Positions 18,960 to 29,437 are shown, counted from the first letter of the stretch. The stretch: 64,000 nt of DNA from Bacillota bacterium (GCA_015059445.1 SVAK01000005.1:4757-68756); one strand, 5' to 3'. Numbers and translations: made by a program. The notes: a model not told the origin generated them from the letters alone.

Positions 18960-19925
18960 ATGTATAAAACTATTTTTCAAGCCAAAAGAATTATTAAACA
19001 ACAGGTTAGAAGTAATATGATAGATATTCCTAATAGCTTTTCAAACTATCAGAAAGGATATTTATTTACAAATGAAAACATAAATGGATATTTAAATATA
19101 GCAAATATTAAAGAACATTCAAGCGCTTTAACAGTTACTAGTAGCGGAGATCATGCTTTTAACCTAGTCGGTCAAGGAATTTTAGATATTGATACATTTG
19201 ATATAAATTATTTGTCAGAATATATAGCATTAGGTTTAAAAAGAGCAATGATTTTAAAATATAATTATTACGAGTTTCTTGCAATAACATTAAAATTTAT
19301 GAACAATATCTCATTAGAAGAACTAACAGATATAATTAACGATCTTTTACCTTATATGGAACGCAAACATCGCATCTTTTGGACTAAAATTCTTAATTAT
19401 AATTATAAATTACAAAAACGAAGCAAAAACCCTTTAAATCTAATTCTCTTATTATGTTGCGGAATACCTTCTCCAATGATACATATTTACAATAATGCGT
19501 ATTTGCTAGATGAATATTGTTATCAACAATTAAGAAGAAATTTAGGTAATGCTAATATCACTTTTACTCAAACTGATGCAATAATGTTACCAGAAGTTTT
19601 TAAGGGAAAAGAGTATGATTTGATACTTTTATCCAATATTCTCGATTATTTTTCCCAACATTGGGATGAAGAATGGAGTTACAACCGTCTAGAGGAATAT
19701 TTAGCTTCTTTAGAAGGTGTCGCTAAAGAAGAGGCAATTATATTTATAAAATATATTTTTGACTATAAAATTAGAGGTATAGAGGCAACTAAATGTTTTA
19801 GAGGATCTAACGTGTCTAGAAGTGATATAACGGATGAATTCACTATAATTTTTGATAATGTTTACACAGAATATGAAAATGCTATGATTTTTAGAAGAGT
19901 AAGAAAACAAGAAATTGACAAATGA
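18960..19925 (+). CDS. uncharacterised Rossmann-like family protein, paralog 4
   Basis: ATG 18960 (RBS AAAAAGG, 9-nt spacing); motifs YLFTNENI, TSSGDHAFNL, IDTFDINY, GLKRAMILKY, YDLILLSNILDYF. Confidence 0.7.
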   Translation: MYKTIFQAKRIIKQQVRSNMIDIPNSFSNYQKGYLFTNENINGYLNIANIKEHSSALTVTSSGDHAFNLVGQGILDIDTFDINYLSEYIALGLKRAMILKYNYYEFLAITLKFMNNISLEELTDIINDLLPYMERKHRIFWTKILNYNYKLQKRSKNPLNLILLLCCGIPSPMIHIYNNAYLLDEYCYQQLRRNLGNANITFTQTDAIMLPEVFKGKEYDLILLSNILDYFSQHWDEEWSYNRLEEYLASLEGVAKEEAIIFIKYIFDYKIRGIEATKCFRGSNVSRSDITDEFTIIFDNVYTEYENAMIFRRVRKQEIDK

Positions 19926-20020
19926 GCTAATTTTTGATAAAATTAAGACGTTTTAAGTCATTTCGTAAAAAACCGCACTAAAGAGGTTATAAGTTTCTAA
20001 AAACACCTTAAGGGCGCGAC

Positions 20021-20350
20021 TTGAATCAAAAATATATAAGGAGGTATGAAATGAAAGCTATATTCGTTACAGGTGGAAAACAATATTATGTTGCTGAAGG
20101 TGATGTAATCTATGTTGAAAAATTGAATGTTGAAGCAGGTGAAACTGTAAAATTTGATGAAGTTTTATTTGTTGATGGTGTTGCTGGAAATCCAGTAGTA
20201 GCTGGAGCAACAGTTGAATGTAAAGTAGAAAAACACGGAAAGAACAAAAAAGTTGTTGTTTTCAAATATAGACCTAAAAAGAAATATCGTAAAAAACAAG
20301 GACATAGACAACCATATACTAAACTTGTTGTTACAAAAATTAGTAAATAA
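20021..20350 (+). CDS. rplU: 50S ribosomal protein L21
   Basis: [25 protein letters not shown], 109 aa. Confidence 0.95.
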   Translation: MNQKYIRRYEMKAIFVTGGKQYYVAEGDVIYVEKLNVEAGETVKFDEVLFVDGVAGNPVVAGATVECKVEKHGKNKKVVVFKYRPKKKYRKKQGHRQPYTKLVVTKISK

Positions 20351-20352
20351 TT

Positions 20353-20646
20353 ATGATTAAAGTAAAATACAGTAATAAATTCATTAAAATTAGTGGTCAT
20401 GCTGATTTTAATGATTATGGAAAAGATATTGTTTGTGCTTCAGCATCAAGTATTGTCTATACGACTATTAATGGTATTTTAAATATTAATATAAATGCTA
20501 TTAAATATACTGATGAAAAAGAATTAGTTATTGAAATACTAAGTAATGATGAAATAACTAATAAACTTATTGGCAGTATGCTTGATTTACTAAAAGAATT
20601 AGAAGCGCAATATCCAAAGAATATAAAAATTAGTAAAGGAGAATGA
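20353..20646 (+). CDS. prp: ribosomal-processing cysteine protease Prp
   Basis: 97 aa between rplU and rpmA; GHADFN...DIVCASASS (His/Cys dyad). Confidence 0.8.
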   Translation: MIKVKYSNKFIKISGHADFNDYGKDIVCASASSIVYTTINGILNININAIKYTDEKELVIEILSNDEITNKLIGSMLDLLKELEAQYPKNIKISKGE

Positions 20647-20933
20647 ACATGTTATTTATAAAATTAAATATACAAAGATTTGCCCATGTTAAAGCTCAAG
20701 GTTCTACAAAAAATGGCCGTGACTCTAGAGGGCGCAGATTAGGCGCTAAATTATCTGATGGTCAAGTTTGTAGTGCTGGTGCTATAATATATCGTCAAAG
20801 AGGAACTAAGATTTATCCAGGTACTAATGTAGGGATGGGAAAAGACCATACTTTATTTAGTAAAATAGATGGTGTAGTAAAATACGAAAGATTAGGCAGA
20901 GATAAAAAGAAAGTAAGCGTTTACGAAGCATAG
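20643..20933 (+). CDS. rpmA: 50S ribosomal protein L27 (with Prp-cleaved N-terminal extension)
   Basis: N-terminal extension [13 protein letters not shown] then [15 protein letters not shown]. Confidence 0.95.
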   Translation: MNMLFIKLNIQRFAHVKAQGSTKNGRDSRGRRLGAKLSDGQVCSAGAIIYRQRGTKIYPGTNVGMGKDHTLFSKIDGVVKYERLGRDKKKVSVYEA

Positions 20934-20996
20934 TAAATGCTTTTTTTATTATAAAAAAACACGATAGTAATTCGTGTAATTTAATATAATTATAAC

Positions 20997-21632
20997 TTAT
21001 TTAAAAACTGCATCAACATAATATATTGGTCTGTTTTCTTTAAAATATTGTTTTTCAAAGTCAGTCATAATGTTTTCAATTTTATTTTCATCATGATGTA
21101 AATCTAAACTAATTCTCTCAAAAGAATACCAATATTGAGATAAACTTTCTAATGAATAAGCAAATAAACCTTTATTGTCGGTTTTTAAAATAATGTGTTT
21201 GTTTTTCTTAAAAATCTTATCATATAGTTTTAAATAACTTTCGTGAGTAAATCTTTTCTTTTCATCATGCTTTTTAGGCCATGGTTCAGAAAAAGTTAAA
21301 TATATAGTATCTATTTCTTTACCAAATATTTTATCGATCTCTCTAGCATCACAATTAATAAGTTTTAGGTTTTTTATAGAAGCATTTTGCAATTTTTCCA
21401 CTGCTGCAACCATTTGAGAATCATATAGTTCAATACCCACAAAATTAATTTTGGGGTATTTTTTGGCCATTTCAATTATAAAATTTCCTCTTCCCATTCC
21501 TAACTCTAAGCAAATTGGATTTTCATTTTCAAAAATTTTATTCCATTTATTTTTATTTTCATATGGATTATTAATTACATGCTTACTACTTTTAATAATT
21601 TTATCGGCATTTTTTATTACATTATAACGCAT
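20997..21632 (-). CDS. trmB: tRNA (guanine46-N7)-methyltransferase
   Basis: 211 aa; ICLELGMGRGNF..., FSEPWPKKHD... TrmB signature. Confidence 0.85.
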   Translation of the reverse strand: MRYNVIKNADKIIKSSKHVINNPYENKNKWNKIFENENPICLELGMGRGNFIIEMAKKYPKINFVGIELYDSQMVAAVEKLQNASIKNLKLINCDAREIDKIFGKEIDTIYLTFSEPWPKKHDEKKRFTHESYLKLYDKIFKKNKHIILKTDNKGLFAYSLESLSQYWYSFERISLDLHHDENKIENIMTDFEKQYFKENRPIYYVDAVFK

Positions 21633-21773
21633 TTTTTCACTTCCTAATATTTATTTTATCATGTTTAATAATATTAGTAAATTAATTTGTTTTTACTTAA
21701 TTTTATTCCAAAGTTATATTTATTAATTTAGATGAGTATGATATAATAAATTAGATAATAGGAGTTAAGTGTG

Positions 21774-23057
21774 ATGAAAAAATATATATTTGGATTTATA
21801 TGTGGCATTTTATTATTAATGCCATCTATAATTTCTGCCAAGAAGGTAACGTGTAGTAATGGCGACTATAATGCTACAATTGAAATTAACAAAGAAAAAA
21901 TAAACATAAATGAATTGGCAACGATTACCATAGATAGCGAATCAACCTATGAAATAGAATATAAAATTGCGGATAAGGATATTGCAAATATTAATGAAGG
22001 CGTAATTACAGCTTTAAAAGAAGGTAATACTACAATTAAAACAGAAATAACGTTTGCCGAAAATAGTAGTTGTATTGTCAATTTGCCAATCGAAGTTGTT
22101 TCAAATGATTCTTTATTAAAATCTTTGAACTTAGAAGAATTGGATATTAGTTCAGTATTTAAATCAGATAAATATGAATATGAAATCAATTTGCCTTATA
22201 ATTTTGAAAAAATTAACATTATTGCAGAGGCAAATAACTCTAATGCAAAAATAACTGGAGATGGAAGAAGATACTTAAACGAGGGAGTTAATGAATATGA
22301 AATAGTAGTTACTGCTACCGATGGATCAACTAGTACCTATAAAATTATAATTAATAGAGAAGAAGCAAATGAAGATGTAACTTTAAAAAGTTTGATAGTT
22401 GAAGGTTATGTATTAAGCCCAAAATTTGATAAGGAAACTTATAGATATACATTAAACATAGATAAAGCAATAGAAGAAATAACAATTCATGCAGAAACAG
22501 CTTATGAATTTGCAAAAATTAGAGGAACAGGAACATTTTCTGTAGCAACAGGCCAAAATACTTATTATATTATTGTTACTGCCGAGAATGGCAACGAAGG
22601 ACAATATGAAGTAGTTATCAATAAGAGTAATGGCACTAGTAGACTGGAAAGCTTAGAAATTGCAGGTATAAAACTAGATAGTGAATTCTCAAGCGATAAA
22701 TATATTTATTATATAGATATTAATAGTAATATAAAAACTTTAGACATTAAAGCTAAAGCTGTAGATAATGATCAAATAGAAATTATAGGTAATGAAAATC
22801 TCGATTATGGAAAAAATGAAATAATTATAAGAGTAACTGGTGAAGATAAATCTTCAACTACTTATAAAATCATTGCTAATAAATTAAATGCTGAGGAAGA
22901 GCAAAAAATTGAAAAAAATGATAAGTTACTCAAGATTTTATTAATCACATTTATAGTATCAATTATTATAATGATAACTGTTATAGGTATATTTTTAAAA
23001 AGAAATTATAAAAGAGAAGTTAATATAAATAAAAAGAGGAAGAATAAAAAGAAATAA
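21774..23057 (+). CDS. secreted, C-terminally TM-anchored protein with four cadherin-like beta-sandwich repeats
   Basis: signal peptide; approx 95-aa repeats with LKSL..L...F....Y.Y.I........I.......A.I.G.G........G.N...I.VTA.DGS.STYKI.I; C-terminal hydrophobic anchor plus KRRKNKKK. Confidence 0.6.
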   Translation: MKKYIFGFICGILLLMPSIISAKKVTCSNGDYNATIEINKEKININELATITIDSESTYEIEYKIADKDIANINEGVITALKEGNTTIKTEITFAENSSCIVNLPIEVVSNDSLLKSLNLEELDISSVFKSDKYEYEINLPYNFEKINIIAEANNSNAKITGDGRRYLNEGVNEYEIVVTATDGSTSTYKIIINREEANEDVTLKSLIVEGYVLSPKFDKETYRYTLNIDKAIEEITIHAETAYEFAKIRGTGTFSVATGQNTYYIIVTAENGNEGQYEVVINKSNGTSRLESLEIAGIKLDSEFSSDKYIYYIDINSNIKTLDIKAKAVDNDQIEIIGNENLDYGKNEIIIRVTGEDKSSTTYKIIANKLNAEEEQKIEKNDKLLKILLITFIVSIIIMITVIGIFLKRNYKREVNINKKRKNKKK

Positions 23058-23068
23058 TAGGTGATAGC

Positions 23069-24817
23069 ATGTTTGGTAAGATACTTTATATTAGCGATAA
23101 TATAGCACATGTAGAAAATAAAATGAATAGGGATGTTGCAGCAGATTTAATGAATATTCACGTTATATTTGAGGCAAAAGAGCAGCGAATTTTAGGAGAA
23201 GTTGTTGAGCTTAACGATGAGGTTGTAAAAATTAAATTTTTAGGAGAGTATCAAGAAAAAAAGTATTTAAATGGTGTTCTTAGAAAACCTTTACTTAACT
23301 CTGTTATTAGAATTATTAATGGAGAAGAGTTAATGGAATTAGTGGGGTCTTACACAGATAAGTCATTTATATTAGGAAATTCTGCTATATACAAGAATTT
23401 TAAAGTATGTCCTAGTATTAATTCGCTATTTTCTAACCACTTAGCCATATTTGGTAATAGTGGTTCTGGTAAATCGTGTGGTGTGGCTAGAATTATTCAA
23501 AATATTTTTAGCAATAATTTAGCGAACCCAGTAAATGCCAATCTATTTATTTTTGATGCTTATGGAGAATATAAAAATGCTTTTAAAAGTTTAAATAATA
23601 TAAATCCAAATTATCAATATAAATTTATTACTACTAATCCGGTTGATAAAGATGATTATTTATTAGATATACCCATCCATTTACTTAATTTAGATGACTG
23701 GGCGCTTCTATTGCAGGCAAGCAGTCATTCGCAATTACCTATTATTGAAAATACAATTAAATTAGCTAAGATTTTTTCGCAAGAAAATGAAGAAGCAAAA
23801 AAATTAAAAAATCATTTGATTGCTAAGGCTTTATTATCGATTTTATTCAGCAGCGAAACAACTGCGAATAAAAAAAATGAAATATTCACCGTAATAGAAG
23901 TATGTAATACTCCGGAATTTAATTTTGATAGTGTTATTCCAGGAATCGGATATACAAGAAGTTTTAGTGAATGTTTTGAAATAGATTCTCATGGTAATTT
24001 TGGTGAAAGTGTTTTAATAACTGAATATATATTAAAACACATTCTAGATGACAATACTAACTTTATAGAACCAGCAAATGCGTATTATACTTTAAACGAT
24101 TTTTCAAAGGCTTTAGAATTCACTTTAATTAGCGAAGGATTCCAACATAATGAAAATTTATATAGCGATTCAATTATATTAAAAGTAAGACTTAATACTA
24201 TAATAACTAGCAAAATCAGTAAATATTTTACTGGTAAAGAATATATATCTTTACATAATTATATAACTAAGTTAGTAATAAAAAATGATAAAAAGGCTCA
24301 AATTATAAATATTAATTTAGAAGATATAGATGATGTATATGCAAAAGTTATAGTAAAGGTTTTTGCTAGACTTATGTTTGAATATTCTAAAGGATTAGAA
24401 AAAAGAGCTAGTATTCCGTTCCATTTATTCTTAGAAGAAGCTCATAGATATATTCAAAAAGATAATGATACTTATTTGATTGGTTATAATATATTTGATC
24501 GTATTGCTAAAGAAGGACGCAAATATGGGGTTATATTAGATATTATCAGTCAAAGACCTGTGGAAATATCTGATACTGTTATCGCACAATGTTCTAATTT
24601 CTTAATCTTTAAAATGACTCATCCTTTAGATATCAAATATATTGAAGAAATGCTTCCAAATATATCTAGTGATATAGTAGAAAAACAAAAAATATTACAA
24701 CCAGGAACTTGTGTAGGCTTCGGTGGCGCTTTTAAAATACCTATGATAGTAAAATTAGAAATGCCAAATCCAATGCCATATTCATCAAACTGTGATGTAT
24801 CTAGTTGTTGGAAATAA
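23069..24817 (+). CDS. HerA/FtsK-superfamily ATPase (DUF87-like)
   Basis: 582 aa; Walker A LAIFGNSGSGKSCGV, Walker B FHLFLEEAHRYI, GRKYGVILDIISQRPVEISDTVIAQCSNFLIFKM typical of HerA-like ATPases. Confidence 0.65.
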   Translation: MFGKILYISDNIAHVENKMNRDVAADLMNIHVIFEAKEQRILGEVVELNDEVVKIKFLGEYQEKKYLNGVLRKPLLNSVIRIINGEELMELVGSYTDKSFILGNSAIYKNFKVCPSINSLFSNHLAIFGNSGSGKSCGVARIIQNIFSNNLANPVNANLFIFDAYGEYKNAFKSLNNINPNYQYKFITTNPVDKDDYLLDIPIHLLNLDDWALLLQASSHSQLPIIENTIKLAKIFSQENEEAKKLKNHLIAKALLSILFSSETTANKKNEIFTVIEVCNTPEFNFDSVIPGIGYTRSFSECFEIDSHGNFGESVLITEYILKHILDDNTNFIEPANAYYTLNDFSKALEFTLISEGFQHNENLYSDSIILKVRLNTIITSKISKYFTGKEYISLHNYITKLVIKNDKKAQIININLEDIDDVYAKVIVKVFARLMFEYSKGLEKRASIPFHLFLEEAHRYIQKDNDTYLIGYNIFDRIAKEGRKYGVILDIISQRPVEISDTVIAQCSNFLIFKMTHPLDIKYIEEMLPNISSDIVEKQKILQPGTCVGFGGAFKIPMIVKLEMPNPMPYSSNCDVSSCWK

Positions 24818-24935
24818 GAATATAGAAAGTTCTAAACTTTCTTTTTTTATATATACATTTTTCAAAATATGATAGAATGTTAAATATATAGAAGGAGAGG
24901 CAAATATATTTTTATCCTATAATAAAGGCAAATTT

Positions 24936-25361
24936 GTGTTTAATAGATATGTTATTATGTCCATACTTGCGAATTTGTTATTTGCAATAGCTATGTTTAT
25001 GAATATAAACATTTCTAATTATTTCAATATTGGAATATATACTTTTATAACTGTCTTTATACCAGCACTTTTAATATTTATAGCGGGAAGATATAAAATA
25101 AAAGATATAATTGATGAATTTAATAATTATGATAAAAAGAAATTTATTTTGGCGGCATTTATGTGGGCTTTAATGCTTATATCAGCAGTTAAAGCTTATC
25201 AATATGGCGAAATAATAATAGTATCCACCTTATTTGCTTTAACTTCTTTATTGAATTCTATTGTAGAATTTTTCTTTAATCGAGATTCAAAAGAGCTTAT
25301 AAAGAAATTAATTGTTTTTCTAGTTATTTTAATAGGAGTTTGTTTAATTAGGTTGTTTTAA
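24936..25361 (+). CDS. small 4-TM membrane protein
   Basis: 141 aa hydrophobic, GTG start after AAAGG. Confidence 0.4.
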   Translation: MFNRYVIMSILANLLFAIAMFMNINISNYFNIGIYTFITVFIPALLIFIAGRYKIKDIIDEFNNYDKKKFILAAFMWALMLISAVKAYQYGEIIIVSTLFALTSLLNSIVEFFFNRDSKELIKKLIVFLVILIGVCLIRLF

Positions 25362-25606
25362 AAAAATGTAAAGTAACTAGAAAAATATGTATAAAATAAA
25401 ATATATGTGGTATAATATAATTGCCTAGTAAAGGTAAGTTATTCATATAAAACCGACTATATTGATAATTTGGGGAACTAATTATTTGGTTGTGTTGAAT
25501 GCTAACATTTATGTTAGACTCCTAATGCCTTATATGTGTTCTACCACCTGCGATGCGCGGGATTTTATCAAATAACTTCCACTAGGTTTTTTTATGGGAG
25601 TAAAAT

Positions 25607-26278
25607 ATGTATAAGAGAATAATTAATTTAATTGGAGAAGAAAGCTTTACTAAAATAAAAAATACAAAAATTTTATTAGTTGGGGTTGGTGGAGTAGGTG
25701 GTTTTGCTTATGAAGCTTTAATTAGAAGTGGATTTCAAAATATAACTATTATCGACAAAGACAAAGTAGAAATAACAAATTTAAATAGGCAATTAGTAGC
25801 TACATTAGATACTTTAGATAAAGCAAAGGTAATTGTTGCTAAAGATAAAGCCTTGAGAATCAACGAGAACATCAAAATAACGGCGATAGAAGCATTTTTA
25901 GATGAAAATAATATAAAGACATTAGAAAAAGATTTTGATTACATTATCGATGCTTGTGATACTTTAAATGCTAAATTAGAATTAATTAAGTTTGCCAGTA
26001 TTAACAATATTAAAATAATCTCTTCAATGGGAGTTGGCAATAGATTAGATGCTAATCTTATTAAGATAACTAGACTTGATAAAACTTGTAACGATCCATT
26101 AGCTAAACGCTTAAGAAAATTAGTTAAAGAGAATAATTTAAATAATAAGATACCGGTTGTATGCAGTGAAGAATTACCATATAAAAAAGGAGAGGTAAAT
26201 TCAATGATTACATCTCCTGGTATTGCTGGCTTATTAATGGTAAATTATATTATAAACGATATTATTAAGCCTTATTAA
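25607..26278 (+). CDS. tcdA: tRNA threonylcarbamoyladenosine dehydratase (ThiF/MoeB fold)
   Basis: KILLVGVGGVGGFAYEALIRSG, NLNRQ, DPLAKRLRK. Confidence 0.75.
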   Translation: MYKRIINLIGEESFTKIKNTKILLVGVGGVGGFAYEALIRSGFQNITIIDKDKVEITNLNRQLVATLDTLDKAKVIVAKDKALRINENIKITAIEAFLDENNIKTLEKDFDYIIDACDTLNAKLELIKFASINNIKIISSMGVGNRLDANLIKITRLDKTCNDPLAKRLRKLVKENNLNNKIPVVCSEELPYKKGEVNSMITSPGIAGLLMVNYIINDIIKPY

Positions 26279-27242
26279 TTAAGAAGGTAGCTAAATTATT
26301 TGGATTTTCACCTTTACATACAATATTATGAATCAAAGTTATAAGAGGAATTTCAATTCCTTTTTTTTGTAACATTTTATATATTGAGTTTAATGTATAA
26401 TAGCCTTCTACTGTATTATTTTTTAAATATTCTTCAATTTGTTCATTATCTTTAGTGCTACCTATAACATATCCAAATGAATAATTACGACTCTTTGAAC
26501 TAGAGCAAGTTAAAAGTAAATCACCAACTCCTGCAAAAGATAAAATTGTTTTCTTTTTACCTCCTAATGCATAAATAATGTTTTTCATGTCATGCAAAGA
26601 TTCATTAATTAAAAATGCTTGAGTTGATTCAGAGTAGCCTAAACCTTTCAAAATCCCTGCAGCAATAGCAATAATATTTTTAATGCTGCCACATAATTGA
26701 ATTCCTATAATATCTTTTGATACACGAAGTTTTAACGTGTCATTAGCTAGGTTTTCTCTTACTAGATTAATTGTTTTTTTGTTTAGACCCGCAATAGCTA
26801 GTGCTGCTGGTTCATTATTTACCAAATCAATAGCAAATGTTGGTCCAGATATTACACTAATATTATTAGTTTTTAAAGTGTGTTTAACTATCTCAGATAA
26901 AGGGCTTAAAGTAGTATGTTCTATACCCTTAGAAGCAATACATAAAGGTGTTTTTTTATAATAAGGTAAGATATTTTCACAAACATTTAAAATATATTTA
27001 GCAGAAGTGATTAGAAATATTAAACCTGTATCTTTTAATGCTTTTTCATAACTATCAGTAACCATTATATTATCGGGAATTTCTACTTCCGGAAAAATAG
27101 AATTAAATTTATGCATTTTTCGAAAATTATCAGCTAAATCTGGATTCTCAGTCCATAACATAATATTGTTTTCTTTTCTTTTAGCTAACATTAAAGCAAT
27201 CCCTATGCTATAAGCACCAGTTCCTAATATTGTAATTTTCAT
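26265..27242 (-). CDS. gpsA: NAD(P)H-dependent glycerol-3-phosphate dehydrogenase
   Basis: MKITILGTGAYSIGIALMLA..., 325 aa. Confidence 0.9.
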   Translation of the reverse strand: MKITILGTGAYSIGIALMLAKRKENNIMLWTENPDLADNFRKMHKFNSIFPEVEIPDNIMVTDSYEKALKDTGLIFLITSAKYILNVCENILPYYKKTPLCIASKGIEHTTLSPLSEIVKHTLKTNNISVISGPTFAIDLVNNEPAALAIAGLNKKTINLVRENLANDTLKLRVSKDIIGIQLCGSIKNIIAIAAGILKGLGYSESTQAFLINESLHDMKNIIYALGGKKKTILSFAGVGDLLLTCSSSKSRNYSFGYVIGSTKDNEQIEEYLKNNTVEGYYTLNSIYKMLQKKGIEIPLITLIHNIVCKGENPNNLATFLINKA

Positions 27243-28447
27243 TTTTCATCTCTCATTTCTTTATAAATTCTATTTAGATTATTTTCAACTAAATTGTTCT
27301 TTGGTTGATAATACTTTGTTCCTTTTAATTTTTCGGGTAAATATTCTTGTTCTACCCAATCATTTTTATAATTGTGAGGATATTTGTAATCTGGACTTCC
27401 ATTTTTAATATGTTTAGGAATTGATCCAGATAAACCCTTGTGAATATCATTTAAAGCGTTGTCTAAAGCTAAATAAGCACTATTACTTTTTGGTGATAAT
27501 GCCATCTCTATGGCTATTGCCGCAATCGGAATTCGCGCTTCTGGAAGACCAACACGTTCGGCTGCATTAATTGCTGCATCAAGCCTTGGCCCTATGCCTG
27601 GATTAGCTAGGCCTATATCTTCATAAGCAATAACCGAAAGTCGCCTATAAATACTATCTAAATCTCCAACTTCTATTAATCTAGCTATATAGTGAAGTGT
27701 AGCATCAACATCACTACCACGAATAGATTTTTGTAATGCACTTAATACATCATAATGCCCATCCTCATTTTTATCATGAAAAAATGCTGGTTTAGAATTA
27801 ATACTTTTGACTGATTCTATACTCACTTCATGATCAGTAGCAGAATAATAAGATATTTCCAATAAGTTTAAAGCACTTCTTACATCGCCGTCTGATAAAG
27901 AAGCGATATAACTTAAAGTTTTATTATCTATTTTAATATCTTCTAACTCTTTAGTAGCTCTTTCTAATACTTTTACAATATCTTCTGCCCCTAGTTCATG
28001 TAATTCAAATATTTGAGAACGGCTTCTGATTGCTGGATTAATTTTATGGTATGGATTAATCGTAGTGAGACCAATCAAAATAATAGTGCCATTTTCAATA
28101 TATGGTAATAGTAAATCTTGTTTATCTTTATTCATACGATGAATTTCATCTACTACTAAAATTAAATCTCCATAAAATTTAGCTTCATCAATTGCCACAT
28201 CAAAATCTTCTTTTTTATTAATAGTGGCATTTAAAAACTTTGTTCTGATACCCAATTCAGCACTTAAAGCGTGAGCGATACTTGTTTTTCCTATACCTGG
28301 TTTCCCGTAAAATATCATGGAAAAAATTTTTTTACTTTTAACTAAATTAGTTAGTATTTTATTTTCTCCAATTAGATGTTCTTGCCCTACAACATCATCT
28401 AATTTTTGGGGTCTTAAAAAATCTGCTAAAACTTTCATATTAATCAC
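27239..28447 (-). CDS. rarA: replication-associated recombination protein A (AAA+)
   Basis: FYGKPGIGKTSIAHAL, LVVDEIHRMNK, MgsA C-terminal domain. Confidence 0.9.
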   Translation of the reverse strand: MINMKVLADFLRPQKLDDVVGQEHLIGENKILTNLVKSKKIFSMIFYGKPGIGKTSIAHALSAELGIRTKFLNATINKKEDFDVAIDEAKFYGDLILVVDEIHRMNKDKQDLLLPYIENGTIILIGLTTINPYHKINPAIRSRSQIFELHELGAEDIVKVLERATKELEDIKIDNKTLSYIASLSDGDVRSALNLLEISYYSATDHEVSIESVKSINSKPAFFHDKNEDGHYDVLSALQKSIRGSDVDATLHYIARLIEVGDLDSIYRRLSVIAYEDIGLANPGIGPRLDAAINAAERVGLPEARIPIAAIAIEMALSPKSNSAYLALDNALNDIHKGLSGSIPKHIKNGSPDYKYPHNYKNDWVEQEYLPEKLKGTKYYQPKNNLVENNLNRIYKEMRDEK

Positions 28448-28515
28448 TTAATTTATTATACCAAAAATAAGGGTAAGTGGAAATAATTTGTGTTATAATT
28501 GAGCTAGTGATGTAA

Positions 28516-29403
28516 ATGGAAAATGAAATAATATTAGACAATAATATCGAAACCTATTTAAGTTATTTAAGATACGAAAGAAAACTTTCTAAAAACACTT
28601 ATGAATCGTATCGTTATAATTTAATAAAAATATGTAATTTTTTTGGTCATAGCAAGTTGCTAAAACTAAATGAAGAGGATATTCGTTTATTTTTATATAA
28701 TTCAAAGGAAAGCAGCAAAACTAATGCTCATTATTTATCAGTATTAAAATCTTTTTATGATTATATGCTTGATTTAGAAAAAATTAATATTAATCCATGT
28801 GAAAATATCAAATCTCCCAAATTAGAAAAAAAATTACCTAAATTTTTAACGGAAGAAGAAGTTGATAAACTTCTTAATATTAGATGTAATAAACCAATTG
28901 ATTATCGTAATAAAGCAATGCTAGAGTTATTGTATGCTACAGGAATGCGAATCTCGGAACTCTTAAATTTACAACTATCAAACATTCATGAAGAAGAAGC
29001 GGTTGTTAAAGTAATGGGTAAGGGTAGCAAAGAAAGAGTTATTCCTATGAGTGATATTACCATTAAATATTTAAATTTATATTTGAAAGAATATCGTAAT
29101 TACATTTTAAAAACAAAACAATCAGAATATGTATTTATAAACTACAATGGCAGTAGAATGTCTCGACAAGGCTTTTTTAAAATATTAAAAAAACTTTGCG
29201 ATGAAACAGGTATTAAAAAAGAAATATCGCCGCATATTTTGAGGCATTCATTTGCCACCCATTTATTAAACAATGGAGCAGATTTAAGAATTATTCAAGA
29301 GTTATTAGGACACGAAAATATTACTACCACAGAAATTTATTCTCATATATCAAATGAAAAAATCAAAGAAGATTACTCAAAGCATCCTCATTATAAAGCA
29401 TAA
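28516..29403 (+). CDS. tyrosine site-specific recombinase XerC/XerD family (sole Xer in window)
   Basis: 295 aa; catalytic R (GMRISEL), K (KGSKER), HILRHSFAT, LGHENITTTEIYSH. Confidence 0.85.
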   Translation: MENEIILDNNIETYLSYLRYERKLSKNTYESYRYNLIKICNFFGHSKLLKLNEEDIRLFLYNSKESSKTNAHYLSVLKSFYDYMLDLEKININPCENIKSPKLEKKLPKFLTEEEVDKLLNIRCNKPIDYRNKAMLELLYATGMRISELLNLQLSNIHEEEAVVKVMGKGSKERVIPMSDITIKYLNLYLKEYRNYILKTKQSEYVFINYNGSRMSRQGFFKILKKLCDETGIKKEISPHILRHSFATHLLNNGADLRIIQELLGHENITTTEIYSHISNEKIKEDYSKHPHYKA

Positions 29404-29406
29404 AAA

Positions 29407-29437
29407 AAGAATGACAATATAACACCATGTCATTCTT
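29407..29437. terminator. bidirectional rho-independent terminator (xer / small ORF)
   Basis: AAGAATGACA-loop-TGTCATTCTT flanked by A6 and T3. Confidence 0.6.

Noticed and set aside
25362-25606. Possible riboswitch/T-box or small RNA in the 245-bp leader of tcdA (contains CTACCACCTGCGATGCGCGGG and an extended -10 TGGTATAAT)
   Set aside because: No match to T-box (GGTGGNACCGCG), SRP RNA (GGAAGCAGC) or other riboswitch cores I can recall. Only short hairpins. Left as an unexplained leader.
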